DNA of 64,000 nt. Source: a bacterium (GTDB lineage Bacteria > Patescibacteriota > Patescibacteriia > UBA1558 > S5-K13). Location: NCBI GenBank assembly GCA_035356975.1, contig DAORGW010000001.1, forward strand, positions 4,951 to 68,950, read 5' to 3'. Made by a program: the position numbers and the translations under genes. Shown here piece by piece: positions 9,463 to 19,038 of the stretch; within the stretch, counting starts at the first letter, position 1, and every line of letters begins with the position of its first letter. Under the pieces are notes generated by a model. It did not search any database and was not told the origin of the DNA. It saw nothing but the letters and a program-made list of their open reading frames with translations.

Positions 9463-10446
9463 TTAGTTTTTATCGATTATATTTTCAAAAAATTCATTCA
9501 TTATTTCTTTTTTTAACATTTCTCTAATTTGGATTCTGTTTTTTGTTTGTCCTAGAATCCAGGAGAGTTTTGCATTTAAACACTCTGGTGTAATATTGCT
9601 TATTGTTACAATTGTGTGTTTGAAAAAATCTTTTGCAAAACCAACTTGATTATAAAAGATTATAATTTTATTATTTTTCTGACCCAATTTATACAGCTCA
9701 ATTAATTTACTTCTTTCTGTGATTTGATTTTCCCACGCTTCAAAAATTATTGCATTTAGTCCATTGTCTTTTTCAAGTAATTCTTCTAAAATTTTTATTC
9801 CTGGAATTGTTTTGAAAAAAACAAAATGTCTATCAAATTTTGAATAATATTCGCTTTCTTTTAACTTGTGATTTTTATCTTCAATTGATAATCCAAAATC
9901 AATTCTTGCAATATATTGTTTATTTACGGAATCAAAAATATTTAATCCTAATAATTCTGTTCTTTTTAGTCTTGTTGGACATATTACTCTACTTCCATAA
10001 ATTACACTAACCCTATTTATTTTACTCTCAACCAATTGAAAGGCATTTATCAGGTTTGCTTTAAATGACATATCGGGAATAATTTGAGTTTGTTTTTCAA
10101 TCGTATTTGCACCTGTTATTATTATTGGTTTTTCGGGAGATTGAATTTGCCAGAAAATTGTGTTTGCAAGCATTGGGATGGAGTCAACATCATGAAGAAT
10201 TATAATTCCATCATACTTTGGAAGATTTTCGGAAATTGTTATAAGTAGCTCTGTTACGTTTTCTTTTGAAAGTAGGTCTTTATTTTTGTCTATAACAGTA
10301 TAGTCAATGTCAGCCATAATTGATAATTCTGGAATTAATTTTAGCCAATCATATATATCTTCGTATTTTTCTACAAATTTAAGGTCAGTCTTTTTATCAT
10401 AAAGACCAGATCCTCCGTAAAATATTAAAAATACTTTTTTCACCAC
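9463..10446 (-). CDS. Asparaginase-fold protein with degenerate catalytic motifs
   Basis: LIFYGGSG (normally TGGTI), YDGIIILHDVDS (normally HGTDT), KPIIITGA, NLINA, ITPEC..AKLSWILG. Confidence 0.75.
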   Translation of the reverse strand: MVKKVFLIFYGGSGLYDKKTDLKFVEKYEDIYDWLKLIPELSIMADIDYTVIDKNKDLLSKENVTELLITISENLPKYDGIIILHDVDSIPMLANTIFWQIQSPEKPIIITGANTIEKQTQIIPDMSFKANLINAFQLVESKINRVSVIYGSRVICPTRLKRTELLGLNIFDSVNKQYIARIDFGLSIEDKNHKLKESEYYSKFDRHFVFFKTIPGIKILEELLEKDNGLNAIIFEAWENQITERSKLIELYKLGQKNNKIIIFYNQVGFAKDFFKHTIVTISNITPECLNAKLSWILGQTKNRIQIREMLKKEIMNEFFENIIDKN

Positions 10447-10538
10447 CCTAAATATTAATTTTTAAAATGTACCTATATTTTTTTATTATTTATTTTCCCA
10501 CTTTTTGTGAAATATTAAATAAACGACAAACTTCATTA

Positions 10539-11222
10539 TTAGTCTTTTTTGAATAATAAATAGGCAATTGAGAAATTCATTATTAGTATAAATATGGGCC
10601 CCAACCAGAAAAATTTAAATATATTTATATGTATTAAATACCAATCAAAGTAAAATCCCAAAATAAAAGACACCATTGTTCCAAATATTACAATAAATAC
10701 TCTTTTTTTATTAATACCTTGTGAATTTATATATTTCATAACTAAAATATAATACGCATAGAAAAGCATTAATGAAAATAAAATCCCATATATTAAATGC
10801 AATGTTGAATCTGGTATATATGATATTTGATTATTTTCTATGTAGATGTTTGTAACCATTTGATCAGAAAATAAAATATAAAGAGTTATTATAGATAGAA
10901 TAAATAATAATGCTTTAAACACTATTAAAATTTTATTTTTTACTGTATATAAAAAATAAACTGAAAACATAAAAAAATTTATTAAAATTAGTGTGCCCGT
11001 TGCATATGTTAGATTACTCAAAATTTTATAAATACTATTATTTTTTATAACAGAAAGTCCAGCTATATTAATTGACCAAAAAAAAGCACTAATACACAAC
11101 AAGGAAAAATACCTTGAAAATTTTTCCCTACCGTTATTTTTTTTCATTATTATAAATCCGATAGCAATATTTATTGTTGCAGTTAAGAAGATTACCCCAA
11201 ACTTTAACCATTGTATATTCAT
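10539..11222 (-). CDS. Stand-alone 7TM membrane sensor domain (HisKA_7TM-like), no kinase domain
   Basis: About 7 hydrophobic segments ending IAYLLFK, as in N-terminal 7TM regions of sensor kinases. Confidence 0.55.
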   Translation of the reverse strand: MNIQWLKFGVIFLTATINIAIGFIIMKKNNGREKFSRYFSLLCISAFFWSINIAGLSVIKNNSIYKILSNLTYATGTLILINFFMFSVYFLYTVKNKILIVFKALLFILSIITLYILFSDQMVTNIYIENNQISYIPDSTLHLIYGILFSLMLFYAYYILVMKYINSQGINKKRVFIVIFGTMVSFILGFYFDWYLIHINIFKFFWLGPIFILIMNFSIAYLLFKKD

Positions 11223-11340
11223 ATTTTTAGAATAAATTTTAAATCGCTTTTTATATTAAACCGACGGCGTATAAATGCAAGACGGCTTATATTTTTAATT
11301 TACTGCTAGTAAAATTTTTTGTCAAGAAATGTTAATAATA

Positions 11341-11371
11341 AAAATAAGGCTTCAATGAAGAGCCCTATTTT
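11341..11371 (-). terminator. Intrinsic terminator after serA
   Basis: AAAATAAGGCT...AGCCCTATTTT imperfect inverted repeat. Confidence 0.5.
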
Positions 11372-11389
11372 ATTGTATTTAATAAGAAA

Positions 11390-12310
11390 TTATTTATTTA
11401 CTTGAAATGTTGTATCTCCTGACTCAAAAAATTTTACAATTTGATTTGCAGAAGCAAGTCCAGCATTTATGTTTGCCTCAGATGTTTCAGCTCCCATTTT
11501 TTGTGGACTTGCAAAAACACGGTTTCCAAATTTTTCTTTGAGTTCACTGTAGTTATCTCCTGCAATATCAGTTATATATTTTAGATCATTTCTTTCTTCT
11601 AGGATCCTCATTAATTCTTCATCATTTATAACTTCTTTTCTTGCCGTATTAATTATACAAGCACCATTTGGTAATTTTGATAATATTTCATAGTCAATTG
11701 ATTTTTTTGTCTCATCATTTGCAGGAATATGAAGCGATAAATAATCTGATTTACTATAAAGTTCATCTACTGAGTTTGCAAATGTTACACCATCTTTTTC
11801 CATTACATCTATTGAAACATTTTTATCATATGCAATTATGTTCATTTGAAATCCTTTTGCAATGCGAGCTACTATTTTTCCAATATTTCCATAAGCATGA
11901 ACCCCTAATGTTTTTCCTTTTAATTCAATTCCCGTTCCTGGTGTAAAACAGTTTCTTGACATATAAATCATAAATCCAATTGCAAGCTCTGCAACTGCAT
12001 TAGAGTTCTGTCCTGGTGTATTCATTGCTACAATATTTTTTTCATTGCATGCATTTAAATCTAAGTTATCATATCCAGCGCCAGCACGAACTACAATCTT
12101 TAGATTTTGTGCGTGACTAATAAGTTCTTTTGTAACTTTATCGCTTCTTACAATTAAAGCATCTGTATCAGAAATTGCAGTGTACAATTCTTCTGGGTTT
12201 GTATATTTTTCAAGAAGAGAAAATTCATGGCCGGCATCAATTATAATTTTTTTAATTCCATCTACTGCAATAGGAGCAAATGGTTTTTCTGTCGCTACTA
12301 ATATTTTCAT
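11390..12310 (-). CDS. serA: D-3-phosphoglycerate dehydrogenase, short form with Lys at the catalytic position
   Basis: VRAGAGYDNLD, NTPGQNSNAVAE, SLHIP, INTAR, SPQKMGA; no ACT domain; lies downstream of serC. Confidence 0.88.
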   Translation of the reverse strand: MKILVATEKPFAPIAVDGIKKIIIDAGHEFSLLEKYTNPEELYTAISDTDALIVRSDKVTKELISHAQNLKIVVRAGAGYDNLDLNACNEKNIVAMNTPGQNSNAVAELAIGFMIYMSRNCFTPGTGIELKGKTLGVHAYGNIGKIVARIAKGFQMNIIAYDKNVSIDVMEKDGVTFANSVDELYSKSDYLSLHIPANDETKKSIDYEILSKLPNGACIINTARKEVINDEELMRILEERNDLKYITDIAGDNYSELKEKFGNRVFASPQKMGAETSEANINAGLASANQIVKFFESGDTTFQVNK

Positions 12311-12314
12311 ATGT

Positions 12315-13388
12315 TTATGTGTTTAATTTTTCAAATTCTTGCATTGTTTCAATTAATGCTTTTACACTCTCAAGAGGACACGCATTATATAGTGAAGCAC
12401 GGAAACCACCAACTGATCTGTGGCCCTTTATTCCCACCATTCCACGTTCAGTTGCAAATTTTAAGAATTCCTCTTCTTTTTCTTTGTATTCATCAGCCAC
12501 TACAAAACATATATTCATTATTGATCTATCTCCTATCTCGGCTGTACCTTTAAACATTTTGTTTCTGTCAATTTCATTGTATAGAAGCTCTGCCTTTTCT
12601 TTGTTGATTTTCTGTATTTTTTCTAGACCACCAATATCTTTTAACCATTTTAATGTTTCGTTCATTACGAAAATTGAAAATACTGGCGGTGTATTAAACA
12701 TAGAGCCATCTTTAATGTGTGTTCTGTAATCAATCATAGCCGGGAGATGTCTGCTTACTTTTCCGAGTATTTCTTCTTTGATAATAACAAAAGTAACACC
12801 AGCTGGACCAACATTTTTTTGTGCGCCACCGTATATCATTGCATATTTTGAAACATCAACCGGTCTGCTCATTATGTCAGATGACATATCAGCCACTAAA
12901 TTACATGGAACGTTCATATCCTCATGAATTTCTGTTCCATAAATTGTATTATTTGTTGTTATATGAAAATAATCTAAATCATCCGCTACTTCATATCCTT
13001 TTGGAATGTATGAAAAATTTTTGTCAACTGATGTTGCAACACATATTGTTTCTCCTATTCCACTGGCTTCTTTGAGGGCTTTTTTTGCCCACTCTCCTGT
13101 TTCTAAATATCCAGCTTTTTTTTCAAGTAGATTCATCGCCAAATAGCTAAATTGTGTACTTGCTCCCCCACCCAAGAATAAAATTTTATAATTATCGGGA
13201 ATGTTTAACAATTCTTTCCATAAATTTCTACATTCTTCCATAACAGTTTCCCATTCTTTTGAGCGATGAGAAATTTCTATTACAGACATACCTGTTCCGT
13301 TAAAATCTTCTAGTGCTTGAATGGTGGCTTTTATGGCTTGTTTTGGAAGCACTGCCGGTCCTGCATTAAAATTATGAGTTACTTTCAT
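12315..13388 (-). CDS. serC: Phosphoserine aminotransferase
   Basis: [32 protein letters not shown] (PLP Lys), [15 protein letters not shown]. Confidence 0.97.
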   Translation of the reverse strand: MKVTHNFNAGPAVLPKQAIKATIQALEDFNGTGMSVIEISHRSKEWETVMEECRNLWKELLNIPDNYKILFLGGGASTQFSYLAMNLLEKKAGYLETGEWAKKALKEASGIGETICVATSVDKNFSYIPKGYEVADDLDYFHITTNNTIYGTEIHEDMNVPCNLVADMSSDIMSRPVDVSKYAMIYGGAQKNVGPAGVTFVIIKEEILGKVSRHLPAMIDYRTHIKDGSMFNTPPVFSIFVMNETLKWLKDIGGLEKIQKINKEKAELLYNEIDRNKMFKGTAEIGDRSIMNICFVVADEYKEKEEEFLKFATERGMVGIKGHRSVGGFRASLYNACPLESVKALIETMQEFEKLNT

Positions 13389-13432
13389 AAATTTTTTTTA
13401 TTTTTTAATTTTTATAAATTTTTAATCGCCTT

Positions 13433-13500
13433 TATTTTATTATTTATAGATTTTATTGTCAATAATATTTGTTTTCCGATTAACTTTAAAATGGTATAAT
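13433..13500. promoter_or_regulatory. Divergent promoters for serC and amrS
   Basis: Minus strand: TTGACA-N17-TAAAAT. Plus strand: TGGTATAAT extended -10 ending 6 nt before ATG 13507. Confidence 0.55.
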
Positions 13501-13506
13501 AATCAT

Positions 13507-14532
13507 ATGCAAGAAGCATTATTATATAAAAAAAATAAAGATAAAAGCGTAAATTGTGAACTTTGTTTTCATTTTTGTAAAATCAGTGAATCTTGTACTG
13601 GAATTTGTGGAGTGAGGAGAAATATTGAAGGAAAATTGTATTCTTTAAATTACAATAAAATAATCGCAAAAAATATTGATCCAATTGAAAAAAAACCTTT
13701 TTTTCATTTTTTGCCAGGAACTTTATCATATTCAATCTCTGCAATTGGATGTAATTTTGAATGTTTAAATTGTCAGAATTGGCAAATCTCTCAAATCCAA
13801 AAAATTGAGAAATTGGACAATGAATTTCCAGGTGAATTAATAAAACCACAACAAATTCTTCAAGAAGCTATTAAATCAAACAGTGGTTCAATCGCATATA
13901 CTTATACTGAACCAACAGTTTTTTTAGAAACAGCGCTTCCGATAATGAAATTGGCTAAAGATAGTAATTTAAAAAATATCTGGGTTTCAAATGGATTTAT
14001 GAGTAAAAAATGTATTGATTTAATAATACCCCATCTTGATGCAATAAATATTGATTTAAAATTTTTTAATGATGAGAAATATAATAAAATAGCAAAAGCA
14101 AAACTAGATCCGATTTTAGAAAATTTAATTTATTTAAAAAAGAAAAAAGTTTTTATTGAAATTACAACACTTATTATTCCAGACGAAACAAATACACTAA
14201 ATCAAATTGAACAGATTGCAAAATTTATAAAAGAAAATTTAGGGGTAGATACTCCGTGGCATGTTTCAAGATTTTCCCCAGAAATTTCATATAAGCTATT
14301 GTCAAAATCCTCAACATCGTCAGAAGAATTAGAAAGTGTATATAAAATTGCTAAAAAAGTCGGATTAAATTATATTTATATTGGCAATATTGCAACAGAT
14401 TTGCGAGAAAATACTTATTGTCCTGAGTGTGAAATTTTAAATATAGAACGTCAGGGTTACATAATTTCAAGAAGTGATAAAAATGGACATTGTCAAAATT
14501 GTAATTATTATTTAAATATTATAGATAAGTAA
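13507..14532 (+). CDS. amrS: AmmeMemoRadiSam system radical SAM enzyme
   Basis: CELCFHFC, DPIEKKPFFHF.PG, GCNFECLNCQNW.ISQ, AYTYTEP, C-terminal Zn ribbon. ATG 13507 is preferred over the TTG start in the ORF track. Confidence 0.92.
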   Translation: MQEALLYKKNKDKSVNCELCFHFCKISESCTGICGVRRNIEGKLYSLNYNKIIAKNIDPIEKKPFFHFLPGTLSYSISAIGCNFECLNCQNWQISQIQKIEKLDNEFPGELIKPQQILQEAIKSNSGSIAYTYTEPTVFLETALPIMKLAKDSNLKNIWVSNGFMSKKCIDLIIPHLDAINIDLKFFNDEKYNKIAKAKLDPILENLIYLKKKKVFIEITTLIIPDETNTLNQIEQIAKFIKENLGVDTPWHVSRFSPEISYKLLSKSSTSSEELESVYKIAKKVGLNYIYIGNIATDLRENTYCPECEILNIERQGYIISRSDKNGHCQNCNYYLNIIDK

Positions 14533-14533
14533 A

Positions 14534-15955
14534 ATGAAGAAATTTCTATTAATTGTATTAATTGTTTTTACTTTTTGTATAATAAAAACATCTTCACAGG
14601 AATATGATTCTTTGTTTAATCCTAGTTTTATTATTTCTGATTATGAATTGGAAGATTATTCTTCAATGAATGTTTATGATATACAAGCTTTTTTAAATAG
14701 ACAAGCAGGACAATTAAAAAATTATATTACCAAAGATCCAGATAGTGGAAGATTGATTTCAGCGGCTGAAATAATTTACAACGCATCTCAAAAATATAAA
14801 ATTAATCCAAAGTATTTAATTGTTTTGCTTCAAAAAGAACAAAGTTTAATTACAGATCCAAATCCAACACAAAAACAATTTGATTGGGCAATGGGTTTTG
14901 CTATTTGTGATAGCTGTGCCATGAATGATCCAGCTTTGCAAAAATATAAAGGATTTTATAATCAGGTTTTTTATGCCGCACAAAGGAACAGATTTTATAT
15001 TGAAAATAAAGATCTTTTTTGGTTATTTCAAGTGGGTAGAGAATATAATATTGACGGAATAAAAATAAGTCCAATAAATCAAGCAACTGTTAATTTGTAT
15101 AATTATACCCCACACTACAATGGGAATTATAATTTTTGGAAAATTTGGCAGAAGTGGTTTACAAAAAAATATCCAAATGGTTCTATAATAAAAGCACACG
15201 GTTCTCCCGGTGTATGGATAATTGAAGAAGGCTATAAAAAACCATTTATAACGTGGTCGTCATTTATAAGTAGATATAAAAAATCTGATATAATTGATGT
15301 TTCATATAGTGATTTAGAAAAATATCCAATTGGTGATCCTATAAAATTTGAAAATTATTCATATCTTCGAACACCAGACGGAAGTTTCTATATGGTTGAT
15401 AATGATAAGTTAAGAAAATTTGAAACACGTGAAACCGCTAGATATTTTGGAGTCAATCCTGAAGAAGCTATAAATGTGTCTATCGATGATATTAATTACT
15501 ATCCAAAAGGAGAGAACATAACACTAAATAGTTTATATCCAAATGGAATTATTTTACAAAATATAAAAGATCAGCGGATTTATTATGTAAAAGATGGTAA
15601 AAAATCTTTAATATTAAACAATGATCTTTTAAAGATAAATTATCCAAATCAAGCAATAACAAAAGTAAGTGATGATGAAATTGATAAACTAGAGTCTGCT
15701 GACAATGTAATTATAAGGGATGGAGTTTTGGTAAAGTCACATAACAATAATGCAGTTTATTTTATATCAGATGGATTTAGAAAGCCCATTTTAAGTGAGG
15801 ATATATTTGAAAAATTAGGTTTTTCATGGGGAGATATAATTAGTATATCTGATAATATTTTAAATTTAAATAAATTGGGTGATGCAATAACAATTATCCA
15901 AGAAAATATAAACGAAAATGAACTTTTGCCAACACAAGAGTCTCATCCACTATAA
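14534..15955 (+). CDS. Secreted protein with a possible lysozyme-like N-domain and repeated C-terminal modules
   Basis: Signal peptide; AAEIIY.AS..Y.INPKYLIVLLQKEQSLI and LYNYTPH; repeats of YPNG.I.K....VY.I..G.K. Confidence 0.55.
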   Translation: MKKFLLIVLIVFTFCIIKTSSQEYDSLFNPSFIISDYELEDYSSMNVYDIQAFLNRQAGQLKNYITKDPDSGRLISAAEIIYNASQKYKINPKYLIVLLQKEQSLITDPNPTQKQFDWAMGFAICDSCAMNDPALQKYKGFYNQVFYAAQRNRFYIENKDLFWLFQVGREYNIDGIKISPINQATVNLYNYTPHYNGNYNFWKIWQKWFTKKYPNGSIIKAHGSPGVWIIEEGYKKPFITWSSFISRYKKSDIIDVSYSDLEKYPIGDPIKFENYSYLRTPDGSFYMVDNDKLRKFETRETARYFGVNPEEAINVSIDDINYYPKGENITLNSLYPNGIILQNIKDQRIYYVKDGKKSLILNNDLLKINYPNQAITKVSDDEIDKLESADNVIIRDGVLVKSHNNNAVYFISDGFRKPILSEDIFEKLGFSWGDIISISDNILNLNKLGDAITIIQENINENELLPTQESHPL

Positions 15956-15960
15956 AAAAT

Positions 15961-16773
15961 ATGAAAGAAATTTATACAATTTTTTCACCACACAATCCTC
16001 TACTTATTTCTAAAATAGGTAAAGAGCACTCTGATAAGCTGAAAAAAACAATTACAGTATGGAAATATATAAGACAAAAAATTTACAGCATTGATCCTCA
16101 AAAAATTATTATAATAATGCCTGAATATAATAAGTTCAATAATATTTCCATAAATCAATGTGAGACATATAAAATAAATTTTAAAGAATTTGGTGATTTA
16201 TCTATTGAATTTGAGGTAAGAGGTGATTTAGATTTCTCAACTAGATTAAAATATTTTTTACGAAAAAATGATTTTCCTGTTTCTGTTTTTTCAGATACAG
16301 AAATAAATTATAAATCATTTGTTCCTTTGTATTATTTAAATAAATATCACACATCTTCTAAGGGCTTTGAAAAGGATATGAAGCACGAAGAAACAAATAC
16401 AGAGTTCGTTGTTATTAATTGTTCCCTAGGTGACACATCACAACACCTAAGATTTGGAGAATTATTATCAGATTTTATGGAAGAGACTAACGAGAGAATT
16501 GTTTTAATAGCTTGTGGAGATTTTGCTAAAGAAATAAAAGAAGAAAATATTTCAGAAGTAGATAGTTTATTACAAATTTTTATTGATTCTATCAAAAAGA
16601 GAAAATATGATAATATTTTTGATCATTATGAAAAATTTAAAAATGGAAACTACATGAGTCTTAAACCATTTGCTGTAATTTCACATAATTTATCTCACCA
16701 AAAATCAATACCAAAAATTTTATCACTCGACAGAGAGTTTAATGAAATTTATTTAACTTGTGAGTTCGAATAA
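15961..16773 (+). CDS. LigB/MEMO-fold (AmrA N-terminal-like) protein, degenerate
   Basis: SPHNPLLISKIG, F.EFGD, VPLYYL, RIVLIACGD; co-oriented with amrS. Confidence 0.6.
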   Translation: MKEIYTIFSPHNPLLISKIGKEHSDKLKKTITVWKYIRQKIYSIDPQKIIIIMPEYNKFNNISINQCETYKINFKEFGDLSIEFEVRGDLDFSTRLKYFLRKNDFPVSVFSDTEINYKSFVPLYYLNKYHTSSKGFEKDMKHEETNTEFVVINCSLGDTSQHLRFGELLSDFMEETNERIVLIACGDFAKEIKEENISEVDSLLQIFIDSIKKRKYDNIFDHYEKFKNGNYMSLKPFAVISHNLSHQKSIPKILSLDREFNEIYLTCEFE

Positions 16774-17591
16774 TTTTTAGAGCTGGGACAATTTTTTGGA
16801 AATTTAATGCCCCAATATTTTTTTGTATAATAAAGCCAGCTTTTTATATGAATTCGTGACAATTTATTTGTAAATATTGAAATAAATATATTTTTGTCAG
16901 CAGACATTTTTTGATGCAGATGAATTGCGCTTACTTCACCCGTATAATAAACGCTATATCCAGCACCCCAGACTCTGCGACATATATCCATATCATCTAA
17001 ATACATAAATATTTTTTCATCATATCCATTTATTTTATCAAAAACCTCTTTTTTTATCATAAAACAAGCGCCCTGCAACCAATCAACTTCAAAATTTTTT
17101 GTTCTGTCTTTATCTCTGAGTAAAAATTTATAAAGCCATTTTTGTCCTATTTTTGTTTCTCCTAAAAATGTTCTTCTAAATAATGGATAATAAATATCTG
17201 GAAAATTAAAGCTGGTTTCTTGTGTGGAACCATCTGCATTTATAAGGCGTGGGCCAATGATTCCAATGTCATTATTTAATTTTAGCGTTTCGCAAAGTTT
17301 TTCTATTGTAGATTGTTCTATTCTTATATCAGGATTCAATATCATTATATATTTTCCACCGCATTGTTTTACTGCTAAATTGTTTGCAGCACAAAGCCCT
17401 ATATTTTTTCCTGTTTGAATAAATTTAACATTAGGAAATTCTTTTACAATTTCTTGTATGTCATCCTGAGAATTATTATCAATAACAATAATTTCTGTAT
17501 CAAATTGAAAATTATAATTAGCCAATTTTTTTAACTGATATTTTATAAGTTTTGACGATTTATAGTTTAAAATTATTATTGATAAATCCAT
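16749..17591 (-). CDS. GT2 glycosyltransferase
   Basis: LSIIILNY, IDNNSQD, ILNPD, DWLQGAC, FMYLDDMDIC. Confidence 0.92.
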   Translation of the reverse strand: MDLSIIILNYKSSKLIKYQLKKLANYNFQFDTEIIVIDNNSQDDIQEIVKEFPNVKFIQTGKNIGLCAANNLAVKQCGGKYIMILNPDIRIEQSTIEKLCETLKLNNDIGIIGPRLINADGSTQETSFNFPDIYYPLFRRTFLGETKIGQKWLYKFLLRDKDRTKNFEVDWLQGACFMIKKEVFDKINGYDEKIFMYLDDMDICRRVWGAGYSVYYTGEVSAIHLHQKMSADKNIFISIFTNKLSRIHIKSWLYYTKKYWGIKFPKNCPSSKNYSNSQVK

Positions 17592-17596
17592 AGATT

Positions 17597-18613
17597 TTAT
17601 TTATACCAATTATACAATTCCTCGCTTTTAATATTTACTATGTTTTTAAATATATATTTTCTTTTTTGAAATATTTTTGAAATCAATTTTAAATTTTTAA
17701 AAAAGAAAGCAAGGGTTTTTGTCTCGAAAAATAATATATAAATAAATTTTTTAAATTCATAAATAAATAAATGAAAAAAACATTTTATAAAATTTGCGCA
17801 AAATTCATTTTTTATTAAAAGGTAAATATGATTTCTATATGAATATTCATTTACCCAAGAAGATCTATTTTTTCTATTTTTTATTGTATTTGTTCCCTTT
17901 TTTATAGATCTATCGTGATAAGCAATTACGTTTGGTAAAAAATAGCATTTATAGCCAGCTAGTTTCATACGAAATGCTAGATCAACATCTTCTTTGTAGG
18001 TAAAAAAATCTTCGTCAAAATATTCATTATTTATTTTTATGCTTTCAAGTGCCTTTTTAGAATATATGGGACACGCAGCTGATGTTCCAAAAACTTCTTT
18101 TACCTGATTGAATTCATTATTATTTTCTTCTAATTGTCCGATGTCTATAACTTTGTGATTTTTAAACACTTCAAATCCACAAGTATCAATTATATTTGTT
18201 TTCCCATATTTGTCTGCATTATATGGATCTTCATTATTAAATTCCCAATGAAATAATTTAGGAGCAATTACACCTATTTGATTTTTATTTTTATTATTAT
18301 CCAAGAAATTAAAAGCATTTTCTAAAAAATTAGGCTCCATTATTATATCTTGATTTAAGCACAATATATAATCAGATTTAGCCCAGGCAAATAATTTATT
18401 ATGAGCTGGTGCAAAGCCAATATTTTCTTTATTTTTAAATATTTTAAATTGCGGAAAGTTGTGTTCAATAATTTCAATTGTACTGTCATTTGAATTATTA
18501 TCAAAAATATTTACCTCATAATTTTTAAATGTTTGTTGTAATATAGAATTAATACAATGTTTAATGTATTTTTCTCCGTTCCACGTAACTAAATTTATGC
18601 TTATTCTAGACAT
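17597..18613 (-). CDS. GT2 glycosyltransferase
   Basis: DNNSNDST, NIGFA, LNQD, FFTYKEDVDLAFR. Confidence 0.92.
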   Translation of the reverse strand: MSRISINLVTWNGEKYIKHCINSILQQTFKNYEVNIFDNNSNDSTIEIIEHNFPQFKIFKNKENIGFAPAHNKLFAWAKSDYILCLNQDIIMEPNFLENAFNFLDNNKNKNQIGVIAPKLFHWEFNNEDPYNADKYGKTNIIDTCGFEVFKNHKVIDIGQLEENNNEFNQVKEVFGTSAACPIYSKKALESIKINNEYFDEDFFTYKEDVDLAFRMKLAGYKCYFLPNVIAYHDRSIKKGTNTIKNRKNRSSWVNEYSYRNHIYLLIKNEFCANFIKCFFHLFIYEFKKFIYILFFETKTLAFFFKNLKLISKIFQKRKYIFKNIVNIKSEELYNWYK

Positions 18614-18911
18614 ATAAATTTTTTATTTCTTCATAAAGATCTTTCCATTTAGGATTTTCTTTCCTAATTAGGCTAATTTTTTTCTCTCTTCTCCATCTTT
18701 TGATTTGTTTTTCTCTTTCTATCATCGCATATACATCGTTATCACTTTCAAAATATACTAATTTTTTGCATTTGTATTTTTGTGTAAATCCAGAAATTTT
18801 TCCAGATTTATGCTCTAATACTCTTCTAAAAATATCATTTGTGAAACCAACATACAATACTCCACTACGACTAGCCATAATATAAACAAAGTAATATTTT
18901 TCATACTTCAT
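18606..18911 (-). CDS. Small stand-alone GIY-YIG nuclease
   Basis: YFVYIMAS...LYVGFTND..RRV.EHK...FT.KY...LVYFE...EREKQIKRWRREKK..LI...NP.W.DL. Confidence 0.92.
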   Translation of the reverse strand: MKYEKYYFVYIMASRSGVLYVGFTNDIFRRVLEHKSGKISGFTQKYKCKKLVYFESDNDVYAMIEREKQIKRWRREKKISLIRKENPKWKDLYEEIKNLYV

Positions 18912-18936
18912 AAATGCTTTTCTTATTTTTTATTCT

Positions 18937-19036
18937 TTGTCATTTCGACCGAATCCCGCATAGCGGGATGAGCGGAGAAATCTTGCTAGATCTCTCGACT
19001 CCGTCCCGATCAGCGGGACTGCGCTCGAGATGACAA
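18937..19036. repeat. GTCAT-tagged REP-like doublet with nested inner hairpins
   Basis: TTGTCATTTCGA...GAGAAATCT and AGATCTCTC...TCGAGATGACAA in inverted orientation; inner palindromes ATCCCGCATAGCGGGAT and GTCCCGATCAGCGGGAC; GC-rich against an AT-rich background. Confidence 0.8.
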
Positions 19037-19038
19037 TT

